Source of the DNA: an uncultured bacterium
GTDB taxonomy: Bacteria > Chloroflexota > UBA5177 > JANWHV01
Assembly (NCBI GenBank): GCA_963729625.1
Contig: CAVSOU010000011.1
Coordinates: 288,001-352,000 of the forward strand
Reading direction: 5' to 3'
Length of the DNA: 64,000 nucleotides
In this document: in pieces, positions 28,815-38,633 of the stretch
Position numbering within the stretch: the first letter of the stretch is position 1
Layout: each line of letters starts with the position of its first letter
The notes under the pieces: generated by a model
Database searches by the model: none
The model's input: only the letters and a program-made list of their open reading frames with translations
Told to the model about the DNA's origin: nothing
Made by a program: the position numbers and the translations under genes

Positions 28815-29987
28815 TCAGGGCAGTTCATTCCAGGTCTGCCCGTCGTCGTCGCTGCGGTAGATGCCGGTGGCTGCCCCCGCATACGCGGTGGCGCTGCCTT
28901 GCGCGACGAGCAGGTTCCAGAACTGCAGTCGGTCCGTCGCATCAGGTGCCGGCGCTATTCTGGCGCGAGTCCACGTGGCGCCTTCATCCACCGACCGGTA
29001 GATGTTGCCGAAGTCAGTGAACAGCACGGTATGCGTGCGGGTCAGCGCCGCGAAGGAAATCACCGCCGGTTCGGCCAGTGCGCTGGTCACTCCAGCTTTT
29101 CTTGCGGCCCACGCCATGGACCAGTGCCCGCCGCCATCCCGCGACCGGTAGACGACTGCCGTAAAATACGTCAGGTCGACGCCAATGAACAGATCCGCCG
29201 GGCGCCAGGGCGCCGCGAAGAACGCCGAGATCCCGGCAAGATGGGAGAGCGCGTTTCGATCTTCGGTGCCGGACAGCACGGAGACCGGCTGCCAGGTCTG
29301 CCCGTCATCCGACGAGCGATAGAGTGAACCGGGGCCGCGATACGTCGTGCTCGGCAAGACTGACTTGCTCCTGGGTGCAAGCAGCGCTAGGAAAGTGCCG
29401 TCGGGAAGTGCGATAACGTTGCGGGTCTCCAGAATCGGTGGCCCGACAGGATGCCACGACCGGCCGCCATCCACGCTACGCGCCAGGCCTTGTAGGCAGC
29501 GGCGATTCTTCTCGGTGGCCTGGTAGTCTTGCGGGCAGACGAACGAGAGCACAAGAGTGCCGCGCGGCGAAGTGGCAATGCTTACTGGGAGGATCGCCGT
29601 GCGCGCCAGCCCGGTCGTGGCGCTGGCCCATGTTCGACCATCGTCCTCGCTGCGATAGAGCGTCTGGCTTGCAGGAGACGGGCTGGCGAGCCAGCTGCCA
29701 CCAGCCAGAATGGTGTGCGGCTGGCCGGGCGGCGCAACCAGCGTGCCGATCTCCACGCCGCCGGGAAAGCTAGCCAGATCGGTCCAGCACAGCACGCCAA
29801 TGGCGCTACGGTAAATGTGGCCGTCCCGCGTGCCCGCTAAGAGCGACCCACTCGGCCCGGCAGCCAGCACGCTGACGTACGGAAACGCGGTGCAGCCTGC
29901 TCGTGCTGTCCCATGGGCCGGAACAAACCCAGGGAGCAGCGCAATGAGAGCTGCGACGATCGCAGTGCGCGGAGCCGCCCTGGCCAT
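28815..29987 (-). CDS. Secreted BNR/Asp-box beta-propeller protein
   Basis: AAGGAGG RBS, signal peptide, six S.D.G..W Asp-boxes. Confidence 0.8.
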   Translation of the reverse strand: MARAAPRTAIVAALIALLPGFVPAHGTARAGCTAFPYVSVLAAGPSGSLLAGTRDGHIYRSAIGVLCWTDLASFPGGVEIGTLVAPPGQPHTILAGGSWLASPSPASQTLYRSEDDGRTWASATTGLARTAILPVSIATSPRGTLVLSFVCPQDYQATEKNRRCLQGLARSVDGGRSWHPVGPPILETRNVIALPDGTFLALLAPRSKSVLPSTTYRGPGSLYRSSDDGQTWQPVSVLSGTEDRNALSHLAGISAFFAAPWRPADLFIGVDLTYFTAVVYRSRDGGGHWSMAWAARKAGVTSALAEPAVISFAALTRTHTVLFTDFGNIYRSVDEGATWTRARIAPAPDATDRLQFWNLLVAQGSATAYAGAATGIYRSDDDGQTWNELP

Positions 29988-30136
29988 TGACAACCTCCTT
30001 GGCCCAACACTCCTGCCCTACCGCCAGTCTAGTATCGCTTGGAGCAGCCGGTCAACAGGTGAGCCCGCCGTCGGTCGGCGCAGCGGGTGCCGGCTCTCTT
30101 CAACGGTGCGCGCATTTCGCCATCCCCTTGGCTTAT

Positions 30137-30159
30137 TAGAATATATGTTCTACTATGAT
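30137..30159 (+). promoter_or_regulatory. LexA-type SOS box overlapping a putative -10 element
   Basis: TAGAATATATGTTCTA is a near-palindrome with one mismatch to GAAC-N4-GTTC; TTGGCT(30128)-N17-TACTAT, or TATGAT at 30154. Confidence 0.6.
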
Positions 30160-30163
30160 TACA

Positions 30164-30420
30164 GGGCTTGTAAGCCACATCGAGCGGGAGGGGTCGAGGT
30201 GGCCTGAGCGTTGGGGATGGACCGCCTCTGGGGCAGCACTCGTTGGCCGCTCCATAGCGGCTACCAGACTACACTCAATGTAGTGGGACGACGCGATCGT
30301 GCAGGCGCGCGATGAGCCTGCGACACGGAGGACAGAATGCCTTCGGAGTATTCGAGTCGCGCTCGTAGGGCGGCATCCGTCAACTCGACCGCGCTTCCAG
30401 GCGTAGCTCGCACCGCTCAC
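30164..30420 (+). ncRNA. Candidate structured non-coding RNA of unknown family
   Basis: Nested long-range helices closing four local hairpins, one with a cUUCGg tetraloop; several G-U pairs favour the + strand; no convincing ORF. Confidence 0.5.
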
Positions 30421-30426
30421 ATCGGT

Positions 30427-30470
30427 CAATGCAACCGGCCCGACACAAGCGTATCGGGCCGGTTTCATTG
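30427..30470 (+). terminator. 17-bp stem-loop, terminator-like
   Basis: CAATGCAACCGGCCCGA pairs with TCGGGCCGGTTTCATTG (16/17); the U-tract is weak. Confidence 0.55.
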
Positions 30471-30601
30471 CATCTGGCGAAGGCGCGCTCCGCCGATCTC
30501 CCCTGGCACGGCTGAGGCCGAGCGAAGTACCCTGAGGATTGAAAGAGGTAGGCGCGGCGACCGCGGCGCGCAAGAGCACAGTGAGAAGGGCGAGACCCGT
30601 A

Positions 30602-31300
30602 ATGAAGCGCTCGGAGATCAATGCCATCATGGAGCAAAGCAAAGCCTTCCTGGATCGCATGCGGTTTCTGCTGCCGCCGTTCGCGTTCTGGTCGCCGGGC
30701 ACCTGGCGCGAAAAGGGCGAGGATTGCCGAGAGATTGTCGAAAGTCAGCTCGGGTGGGACATCACCGATTTCGGTAGCGGCGACTTCCTGCGCACGGGCT
30801 TGTTCATGTTCACGATCCGCAACGGCACGCTCGAGGAGTTGCGAAAGCAGCATGGAAAGGTCTATGCGGAGAAGATCCTTATTGTGCAGGAAGGGCAGGT
30901 AACGCCGACACACTTTCACTTCCAGAAGATGGAGGACATTATCAATCGTGGCGGCGGCGACCTGGTGATTCAACTCTGGAACTCCACTGCCGACGAGCAA
31001 TTGGCCGGCACCGACGTCGTTGTCAGCATGGATGGAGTCAGGACCACGGTTGCCGCGGCTGGAACGATTGTGCTGAAGCCGGGTATGTCTGTCTGCCTGC
31101 CTCAGCGGCTCTACCACAAGTTCTGGGGCAGCCCCGGCACTGGCACCGTGCTCGTAGGCGAGGTCAGCCGTGTCAACGACGACCAGGTTGACAATCGTTT
31201 CTTCGATCCGATTGGTCGTTTCCCGGAGATAGAGGAAGATGAGCCGCCGCTTCACCTGTTGTACAACGACTACCGCCGTTACTACAGGTTTGCGGCGTAG
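30602..31300 (+). CDS. D-lyxose/D-mannose family sugar isomerase (cupin)
   Basis: MKRSEIN, LPPFAFWS, LGWDITDFG, YAEKIL, PTHFH..KMEDIINRGGG, GEVSRVNDD. Confidence 0.9.
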   Translation: MKRSEINAIMEQSKAFLDRMRFLLPPFAFWSPGTWREKGEDCREIVESQLGWDITDFGSGDFLRTGLFMFTIRNGTLEELRKQHGKVYAEKILIVQEGQVTPTHFHFQKMEDIINRGGGDLVIQLWNSTADEQLAGTDVVVSMDGVRTTVAAAGTIVLKPGMSVCLPQRLYHKFWGSPGTGTVLVGEVSRVNDDQVDNRFFDPIGRFPEIEEDEPPLHLLYNDYRRYYRFAA

Positions 31301-31536
31301 GTACCCGCCTCAGCTCTTCCGGACGATTGACGGCGCCAGGCCCGCCAACCCACATCAGTGATTATGTAAAGAATAGATTGTGGCATCGGCTGGGACGCAT
31401 CGCGCCATGGGGACGGTCGACCCGGGCGCGCCGTGCGGCGGGTAATTCGTGGCAAGTACCGTAAGTGTTCCCGGTATACTAGCATTCGCGCCGGCACGGC
31501 GCAGAGCTCTGTAATTATGATCAGAAGAGTGAGCGT

Positions 31537-32907
31537 ATGACGGAATCGACTCTTGGCACGGATCTGCAGCTTCCAGAGGGGTTTTTGTGGGGCGCCGCCA
31601 CCGCGGCATACCAGATTGAAGGTGCGGTCAATGAGGGTGGCAAGGGTGTTTCCATTTGGGACACCTTCAGCCACACACAAGGCAAGACGTGGCACGGCGA
31701 TACAGGCGACATCGCCTGCGATCATTATCACAGGACCGCGGAAGACATCGCCCTCATGCGTGAGCTTGGACTTCAGGCCTACCGGTTCTCGATCGCCTGG
31801 CCGCGCGTCCTTCCGAACGGCACCGGCCTGGTAAATGCGCCGGGTGTGGACTTCTATGACAAGCTTGTCGACGACCTGCTCGCCGCCGGCATCGAACCCT
31901 TCGTGACGCTCTACCATTGGGACCTGCCTCAGGCGCTGCAGGATGCTGGTGGCTGGGCCAATCGCGCTACGATTGACGCGTTCACCAACTACGCCGACGT
32001 GGTCACGCGAAGGCTTGGCGACCGCGTGAAGTACTGGATTACGCACAACGAACCGGCCGTCGTGGCATGGGACGGCCACATGGTAGGCTTGCACGCGCCG
32101 GGTGTGACCGACGTGCAGACGATGGTTTCCGTGGGCCACCACCTGCTGGTGTCGCACGGCGCTGCGGTCCCCGTTATCAGGGCCAATAGTGGCCCAGGTG
32201 CTCAGGTCGGCATTACCCTGAGTTTCGTCACGACGTACGCCGCGTCAGAGTCCGAGGCCGACATTGCGGCGGCAGCGTGGCACGACGAAGGCAGCAACCG
32301 CTGGTACCTCGACCCTCTTTACCGGGGTCGCTACCCGCAGGCGGCCGTACAGCGCTACGAGCGACGCGGCGCCATCCTGCCCATTCGCGACGGGGACATG
32401 GCGACGATCGCCGTGCATACCGATTTTCTTGGCGTGAACAACTACTTTCGTGCCGTGGTCAAGGCCGGCGCGCTTGGCGACGGTTCCGATGATCAATGGG
32501 TGCGAAACCCCGACGCTATCTACACCACGATGGGTTGGGAGGTCTTCCCGGACGCATTCCGAGTCCTGCTGGTGCGGCTGCAACAGGACTACCAGCTACA
32601 GCGCATGTACATTACGGAGAACGGTGCCGCATTCGAGGACACTGTTTCGGCCGATGGGCACATCCATGACGAGCTCCGAACCGCATATCTGCGCGAGTAC
32701 TTGCGGGCGATGCGGCAGGCCGTCGCTGCAGGCGCGCCGGTGAAGGGATATTTCGTCTGGTCGCTCCTGGACAACTTCGAGTGGGCCAGGGGTTTCTCGC
32801 AGCGTTTCGGCGTCGTCTATGTGGACTTCGCGACACAGCGCCGCATTATTAAGGACAGCGGCTATTGGTATGCCCGCGCGATCAAGTCAAACGCCCCGCT
32901 TGACTGA
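31537..32907 (+). CDS. GH1 beta-glucosidase
   Basis: FLWGAATAAYQIEG, YHWDLP, THNEP, ITENG, WSLLDNFEW. Confidence 0.96.
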   Translation: MTESTLGTDLQLPEGFLWGAATAAYQIEGAVNEGGKGVSIWDTFSHTQGKTWHGDTGDIACDHYHRTAEDIALMRELGLQAYRFSIAWPRVLPNGTGLVNAPGVDFYDKLVDDLLAAGIEPFVTLYHWDLPQALQDAGGWANRATIDAFTNYADVVTRRLGDRVKYWITHNEPAVVAWDGHMVGLHAPGVTDVQTMVSVGHHLLVSHGAAVPVIRANSGPGAQVGITLSFVTTYAASESEADIAAAAWHDEGSNRWYLDPLYRGRYPQAAVQRYERRGAILPIRDGDMATIAVHTDFLGVNNYFRAVVKAGALGDGSDDQWVRNPDAIYTTMGWEVFPDAFRVLLVRLQQDYQLQRMYITENGAAFEDTVSADGHIHDELRTAYLREYLRAMRQAVAAGAPVKGYFVWSLLDNFEWARGFSQRFGVVYVDFATQRRIIKDSGYWYARAIKSNAPLD

Positions 32908-33032
32908 TCTGCTCAATCGGATTGCTCTTCAGCGCGCTGATCGACGGCATATCCGGCCGGCCGTCGGCGCGCGCCGGGGCACGAAGAGTGCCGGGCTATC
33001 CGTGGCGAAAGGTCTGCTTCGCGCGATCTGGG

Positions 33033-36000
33033 CTAGACCGATGGCACGAGGCCGAAGAAGACGTCAAGCCGGCGGATCTCCCCAGTTCGGTTGAAGATCT
33101 TGCCACTCACATGCGCGTCGAGGCTCAGTCCGTCGACTGTCATTCTTGCGTCTTCGAAGCCCGTGACCTCGATTTGCCGCGGGCCGGCGGCGTGCGCCAC
33201 GACTGGAACCTGGCACAGCGTGTAGGCAAGGCTGCCCGGACCGAGATCGATGCTCCGCAGCGTGCCATCCAAATCGTAGAACTCGAATGTTCGCGGCGAC
33301 TTCAGGAACTCGCCGCTGCTCACCAGCTCCTGCCTGAAGCGGAGGCAGCCGGCCGATACCACCAATCCCAGCTCGCCCGCGCGAGCGATGATATCTTCCT
33401 TCACCTGGCCGGTCATGCCTGGTTGCTGCGCTCCTGCGAATCCGGGCGTGTGAGAGTAGGGATCGGTCGGTATCGCCCCGTGCTGCTCGGGCGACTTATG
33501 CACGCCGATTCCCTCGCGAATACGTGTGTACTGCTTCTTCAGGCATCGCACCACCAGGTCATCTTCACCCGCGTCGACGGCGCGCTGCAGTACTTCGTGG
33601 ACTGCCAACAGCAGCTTCGACACCATGTGCCAGTAGATCGATCCCAGCCCTTCGTACTTGTAGAAGGTTCCCGAGCGTCCGGTGAACGATCGATGATGGA
33701 AGACTTCCTCATAGAGCGCCAGGATCTGCAAATGCTCTTCCTGGGCAAGGCTCTCGAGGTCGGTACCCCGCAAAGCGTTCAGTGCGCTCCGCAGCAGGTC
33801 GGCGTTGCGGAACGCCGCACTGAAATGCGTGCGGCCCGCGATGTCCCGCACGATGATGCTGCGGTCCCCGCGGCGCAGTAGCTCCGTCAGCAGCCGCGAG
33901 CGCCTCACTCCGGCTGCGGGAAGGTTGTTCTTCTGGAAGAAGAGTGGCAGTCGACGATCGGGGTAGAGCATGTAGCTGTCTTGATCGGGGCGATACAGCG
34001 GGCCCGCGCGCAGCGTGTCGAGCAGTCTGGAGGCCTCCTGAGCGGAGAGTACTCCAGAGCTGAGCACCGCAACTTGACCTTCAAGCATCTCACAGAGTCG
34101 TGTGACCGCAATTGTCTCACCGGCAAACTGCAAGACGTTATAGGAATGGTAGAGACCGTCGCCTCGGCGGTTGGCTCGGATCGCGTGCGCGATGTGTTGC
34201 TGAGCGACATCGCAGAAGGATCGTAGCTCTTGGATCATAAGTGAGCAACGCCGGCCCGAGAATCCCTTTCCATAGATGGATGCTCTATAGGCGCTGCCCG
34301 CGCGACCGAGATCGTCCGCGACGACCTTGCGGTCGAGGTCTGAAATTGGTCCGCTCAGTAGCGGGAGATGGCGTTCGAGCGCCGATGTCACGTCCGCCAA
34401 TGCTCGTGAAACCTCGATAGACAGATCCACGGCAGTGCTGCCAAGGCTGTCGAAGAGATCCCGGCAGAACCCCATGAAGCGCCCCAGGTAATAGAGCGTG
34501 ACCATCGACACGCCGTTACCGACCAGCGCGTTGTTGGCATCGTTCCACTCGGGGCGCTGAGTGTTCATCCAGATACCCGCCTCGGGGATATAGTTGAACA
34601 ACTTGGCAAGCGAGAGAACGATCAGTTTCTCCGTCAGGCTCACACGGTGGATTGCGCCGTGTCTGTCCCGGAGGACGGCCGCATCGGCGCCTTCCGCAGC
34701 CACACGCTCACGGATCGCCTTGTCCAGTTCGGCGTCAAATACGATCGTATTTCGAGGATCCGCGAGTATCTCCTCGTAGGGCTTGATTCTGTAGGGCACA
34801 TGGGCGTACGTGAAGACCGGGCGAGCCAGCAGCCGCGGCAGCGCATCGGGGCTGTGATTCATCAAGGATTCGAGTAGCCTGAGCAGGTAGATGACCTGGT
34901 GGTCGCTCCAGTAGCCAATGTTCGACCAGGGGTCACGAGGGTCGAGAAGTTCCCAGTCGAAGCCATCGCGCGTGACCCGATAAGGGTTGTACCCGTCGGC
35001 AGTTGACGCGTCCGCGAACTTGAAGATCATGCTCTCCAGGTAGGATGGGAACGACAGCGCGAGCGCTTCCCAGTTCTGGAAGATGTCGCGCCAATTCCCC
35101 TGGAAGTTCAGCTTCTTCTCGCCGCGTGCGTCCCTGACTGCGATGAGGAAGGAGTTCCATGGTCGGCTGGGGTCGCCATGACGGCGACTGAACGTGAGCG
35201 GCAGGTACTCGTGCGTCAGCCGCTCCAGATCGGGGTCTCCCTGATCGCGAGCCCGTGCGAGAAGATCCTGGTGTGCCAACGCCCGCGGCAGCGCGCGCAG
35301 GAATCCAGCGTGCCTCTGGGCTACCTCTCGACTGGCTCGCGCGACGAATGTCCCCAGGTCGGCGCGGTTGATACGATAGCCGTCGTCGGGGATACCTCCG
35401 CGCATTACGTTGAACAGCGTGTTTGAGAAATGGCGAGCAGTACCGAGCGCATCCGCGCTGGCCTGCAGGCCATCCGCGGCTGCCACGATACGCACCAGAT
35501 TCGCGGTGCCCTGTCTCACATCTTCGCCAATCGTCGCGGGGATGTCGGGACACGTCATGATAAACTTCGCGAGCACGGTAACGTCAGCTGCATCCCGATC
35601 TACATCGGCGACGACATGCCAGACGTGATGGACCCCGGCAGGCAGTGCCAGGCGCGCATTCACGAAGTACGCCCCGCGCCTGCCGCGCACAAGAGTCTCC
35701 TGCCGGACGGACAATCCACGGCGGAATTGCTCGACCTGCACGGAGGAGAGCAGAGTTGCGGCGGCCTCCAGCCCTTCGAGCCAAACGACTGTAGCACGCA
35801 GGGCTTCGCTCGGCTCGGCTCTGTCCGTCGGGATCGAACTCAGCTTGATCAGCCCTATGCCCGATTCGACCAGCAGCTCGCACTCCTTATAACCATCCAC
35901 CAGGGTGCTGAACTCGAGCTGGAATCGCCGGGTAACGCCGTGTGGCAGGAGGTTTTGCAGGCCGTCAAGCAACTCTATCGAAACAGGCTCGGCGCTCGTG

Positions 36001-36500
36001 TTGTCGAGCCTTACCCGCCGAACCCAGCCAAAGCGTTCACTGGCCAACCACGCGTAGGAGAACACCAAGGATAGATCGTGGTTTGTCTCCTCGAACATGA
36101 TCTTGTTGCCGTAGATGCTCTTGTACAGCTTCCGCGTAACGCGGTAGAGACCATCGTACCGGGGTGAAAACGGTTCCCAGAGAGACGTCTTGTCGTCGCG
36201 GCTCACGAAGAGTATGGTCTTGCAGCCCGTGATATCCGCGCTGTCGTGGGTACGGTCATCGGTGTAATACGGGAAGAGCGCGTGGTCGGGGTCGCGCCGA
36301 CCGGCCGTTAGGGCACCATTGCTGGAGGGAAACATCCAGAGATCGGAGTCGCTCACCAGGCTCATCAGGAATGGCTCCATGGCATCATAGTTGGAGACGC
36401 AATAGTAGCTCTCGCCCTCGACGTCCACCAGTGCTCCTTCGACATGGCGTGGACCGTAGTGCAACGGCGCCCCAGCAACAAACGACTCCTGAACCGTCAC
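33033..36500 (-). CDS. GH149-like beta-1,3-glucan phosphorylase (~1155 aa)
   Basis: LTFSRRHGDPSRPWN, GNWRDIFQNWEAL, IWMNTQRPEWNDANNALVGNG, YEGLGSIYWHMVSK, TDPYSHTP, QQPGMTGQVKED; GTG start after GAGGAG. Confidence 0.78.
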   Translation of the reverse strand: MTVQESFVAGAPLHYGPRHVEGALVDVEGESYYCVSNYDAMEPFLMSLVSDSDLWMFPSSNGALTAGRRDPDHALFPYYTDDRTHDSADITGCKTILFVSRDDKTSLWEPFSPRYDGLYRVTRKLYKSIYGNKIMFEETNHDLSLVFSYAWLASERFGWVRRVRLDNTSAEPVSIELLDGLQNLLPHGVTRRFQLEFSTLVDGYKECELLVESGIGLIKLSSIPTDRAEPSEALRATVVWLEGLEAAATLLSSVQVEQFRRGLSVRQETLVRGRRGAYFVNARLALPAGVHHVWHVVADVDRDAADVTVLAKFIMTCPDIPATIGEDVRQGTANLVRIVAAADGLQASADALGTARHFSNTLFNVMRGGIPDDGYRINRADLGTFVARASREVAQRHAGFLRALPRALAHQDLLARARDQGDPDLERLTHEYLPLTFSRRHGDPSRPWNSFLIAVRDARGEKKLNFQGNWRDIFQNWEALALSFPSYLESMIFKFADASTADGYNPYRVTRDGFDWELLDPRDPWSNIGYWSDHQVIYLLRLLESLMNHSPDALPRLLARPVFTYAHVPYRIKPYEEILADPRNTIVFDAELDKAIRERVAAEGADAAVLRDRHGAIHRVSLTEKLIVLSLAKLFNYIPEAGIWMNTQRPEWNDANNALVGNGVSMVTLYYLGRFMGFCRDLFDSLGSTAVDLSIEVSRALADVTSALERHLPLLSGPISDLDRKVVADDLGRAGSAYRASIYGKGFSGRRCSLMIQELRSFCDVAQQHIAHAIRANRRGDGLYHSYNVLQFAGETIAVTRLCEMLEGQVAVLSSGVLSAQEASRLLDTLRAGPLYRPDQDSYMLYPDRRLPLFFQKNNLPAAGVRRSRLLTELLRRGDRSIIVRDIAGRTHFSAAFRNADLLRSALNALRGTDLESLAQEEHLQILALYEEVFHHRSFTGRSGTFYKYEGLGSIYWHMVSKLLLAVHEVLQRAVDAGEDDLVVRCLKKQYTRIREGIGVHKSPEQHGAIPTDPYSHTPGFAGAQQPGMTGQVKEDIIARAGELGLVVSAGCLRFRQELVSSGEFLKSPRTFEFYDLDGTLRSIDLGPGSLAYTLCQVPVVAHAAGPRQIEVTGFEDARMTVDGLSLDAHVSGKIFNRTGEIRRLDVFFGLVPSV

Positions 36501-36878
36501 ATCGTCTCCTCGAGCGAGCACTATGAACCATCACGTTGCGGTGCGACGCCGGAAAGAGGGCCGAACGCGGCTCGCGTCCGTATTGTACAGCGAGCTGTCG
36601 CCCGGCCACGGAGTACGGTTGGCGCCAAAATTGCCCCAGGGATCTGCTGACCACGGCGAAAGTTGACGATTACTATTGCCCCTGTTATATGTAGGCTAAT
36701 CGCCGTACCGGCGCTACCGCTCGATTCAGTTGATGAGGCGGGCCACCCGGCGCCGGCCAACCACCGCTTGACGTGACGCAACTCCGCCGGTGACCGGCTC
36801 ACAGTACGTGCCGGTCGACGCGCTCTCTCCAGGCCGCTACCCAATGTTGAGTGGACCGAAAGCCAGGAAATGGGGCAC

Positions 36879-38633
36879 ATGGGCAGAAACGATTTGGTTA
36901 TCCGCATTGCCGGTGAAAGCGGCGAAGGGGTTGTCAGCGTTGGCGATCTGGTTACGCAAGCGGCAGCGCGTGCCGGGTTCTACGTGCTCACGTTCAAGAC
37001 GTACCCAGCAGAGATCAAGGGCGGTCACGTGCTCTATCAGCTGCGCCTTTCGGATTCCCCGCTGACCTCACATGGTGACCGGGTGGACATCCTACTGGCC
37101 TTCAACCAGGAAGCGTACGACACGAGTTACGACCAACTGCGTGACGGCGGCCTGATGATCTATGACTCCGGCACGTTTACGCCTCCGGTCGACAAGCGAT
37201 GCCGCCACAAAGGTGTTCCGCTGACCGAGATTGCCGAGACCCAGCTCAGGTTCAAGCTGGGAAAGAACGTGGTTGCAGTCGGCGTAGCCGCCGCCATGTT
37301 CGGCCTGAATCCTGAGGTGATCGAACGCCTGTTGGACGAGCGTTTTGGCAGGAAGGGCCCGGACATTCTGGCCAAAAACATGCAGGCTCTGCAGGCCGGC
37401 ATCGATTTCGTGGAAACGCATGTTCCCGACCGGCAGGAGTTCCGGCTGTACCCCGGAACGCTCGCTCCAGATGTGATTGTCGTGTCGGGAAATCAGGCCC
37501 TCTCGATGGGCGCCATGGCCGCGGGTCTGCAGTGCTTCTTCGGCTACCCCATTACCCCGGCAAGCGAAGTCATGGAATTCTTGGCATCGGAACTCCCGAA
37601 GGTCGCCGGCTTGGTGCTGCAAGCCGAAGACGAGATCGCCGCTCTCGGCATGGTGCTTGGAGCCTCTTATGCTGGGCGCAAGGCCATGACCTCCTCATCC
37701 GGTCCAGGTATCAGCCTCATGACGGAGATGCTTGGCCTGGCCGCGATGGCCGAAATCCCATGCGTGATCGTTGACGTGCAGCGCGCCGGTCCCTCTACAG
37801 GTATGCCAACCAAGCACGAACAGGGCGACCTCAACCTCGCGGTGTTTGGTGGCCATGGCGAGGTTCAGCGTATCGTCCTCGCGCCGACCAGCGTGTCGGG
37901 ATGCTTCTACCAGGCAATCAACGCATTCAATCTTTCCGAACGGTATCAGATGCCGGTTCTGTTGCTGTCCGACACGGTGCTGGCAACGCGCACGGAGAGT
38001 ATTGTCCGGCCTGACCTTCCAACGCTTGACGTCTGGGAGCGTGAGCGTTTCAATGCGAAAGACGCTGAACCGACCCGCAGCGACGGCTACATGCGCTTCC
38101 AGTTGACGGAGAGTGGCGTCTCACCCATGAGTATTCCGGGCCAGGAGGGCGGCGCATACGTTTCAACCGGCCTTGAACACGATGAATATGGCCGCCCGCG
38201 GTACGACCCGATCAGCCACAGCACGATGACCGAAAAGCGATTTCGTAAGCTGGAAGCCTGCGTTCACGATGCGCCTCCGGCCGAGATGTATGGTCCACCC
38301 GACGCGGACGTGGGAGTGATCACCTGGGGGTCGACGTACGGTACCGCCGTGGAGGCAGTCAAGCTGGCAATTGCCGCTGGAATGTCCGTAGCGTCTATGG
38401 CGCCCACGATGCTATGGCCCCTTCCCGATTGGCAGATTGAGCCGTTCCTGAAGGGAAAACGGGGGATTATCGTCCCTGAGGTCAACTACAGCGGACAGTT
38501 CGCGCGGCTGCTCAAGGCACGATATGGGCTGACCGTACGAACAGTCAACACCTACGGCGGCGTGCCTTTTACGACACGAGAGATCCTGGACGCGATCGCG
38601 GAGGCTTGCGAGGAGGTTTTGCAGAATGCTTGA
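36879..38633 (+). CDS. 2-oxoacid:ferredoxin oxidoreductase, alpha subunit
   Basis: IAGESGEG, YPAEIKGG, GYPITPASE, QAEDE, SSGPG, QRAGPSTG. Confidence 0.93.
   Translation: MGRNDLVIRIAGESGEGVVSVGDLVTQAAARAGFYVLTFKTYPAEIKGGHVLYQLRLSDSPLTSHGDRVDILLAFNQEAYDTSYDQLRDGGLMIYDSGTFTPPVDKRCRHKGVPLTEIAETQLRFKLGKNVVAVGVAAAMFGLNPEVIERLLDERFGRKGPDILAKNMQALQAGIDFVETHVPDRQEFRLYPGTLAPDVIVVSGNQALSMGAMAAGLQCFFGYPITPASEVMEFLASELPKVAGLVLQAEDEIAALGMVLGASYAGRKAMTSSSGPGISLMTEMLGLAAMAEIPCVIVDVQRAGPSTGMPTKHEQGDLNLAVFGGHGEVQRIVLAPTSVSGCFYQAINAFNLSERYQMPVLLLSDTVLATRTESIVRPDLPTLDVWERERFNAKDAEPTRSDGYMRFQLTESGVSPMSIPGQEGGAYVSTGLEHDEYGRPRYDPISHSTMTEKRFRKLEACVHDAPPAEMYGPPDADVGVITWGSTYGTAVEAVKLAIAAGMSVASMAPTMLWPLPDWQIEPFLKGKRGIIVPEVNYSGQFARLLKARYGLTVRTVNTYGGVPFTTREILDAIAEACEEVLQNA

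Noticed and set aside
30164-30420. RNase P, tmRNA, SRP or group II intron identity
   Set aside because: Hallmarks are absent: no GAGGAAAGUCC, no tRNA-like CCA end, no SRP GGAA loop motif and no domain V.
30199-30777. Protein-coding reading of the LexA-box unit (type I toxin, or the 146-aa ORF at 30337)
   Set aside because: The first RBS leads to GTG-GCC-TGA. The other ORFs are not hydrophobic, and the 30337 ORF crosses the hairpin and overlaps the isomerase gene out of frame. It is not fully excluded, because that ORF has a GGAGG RBS.
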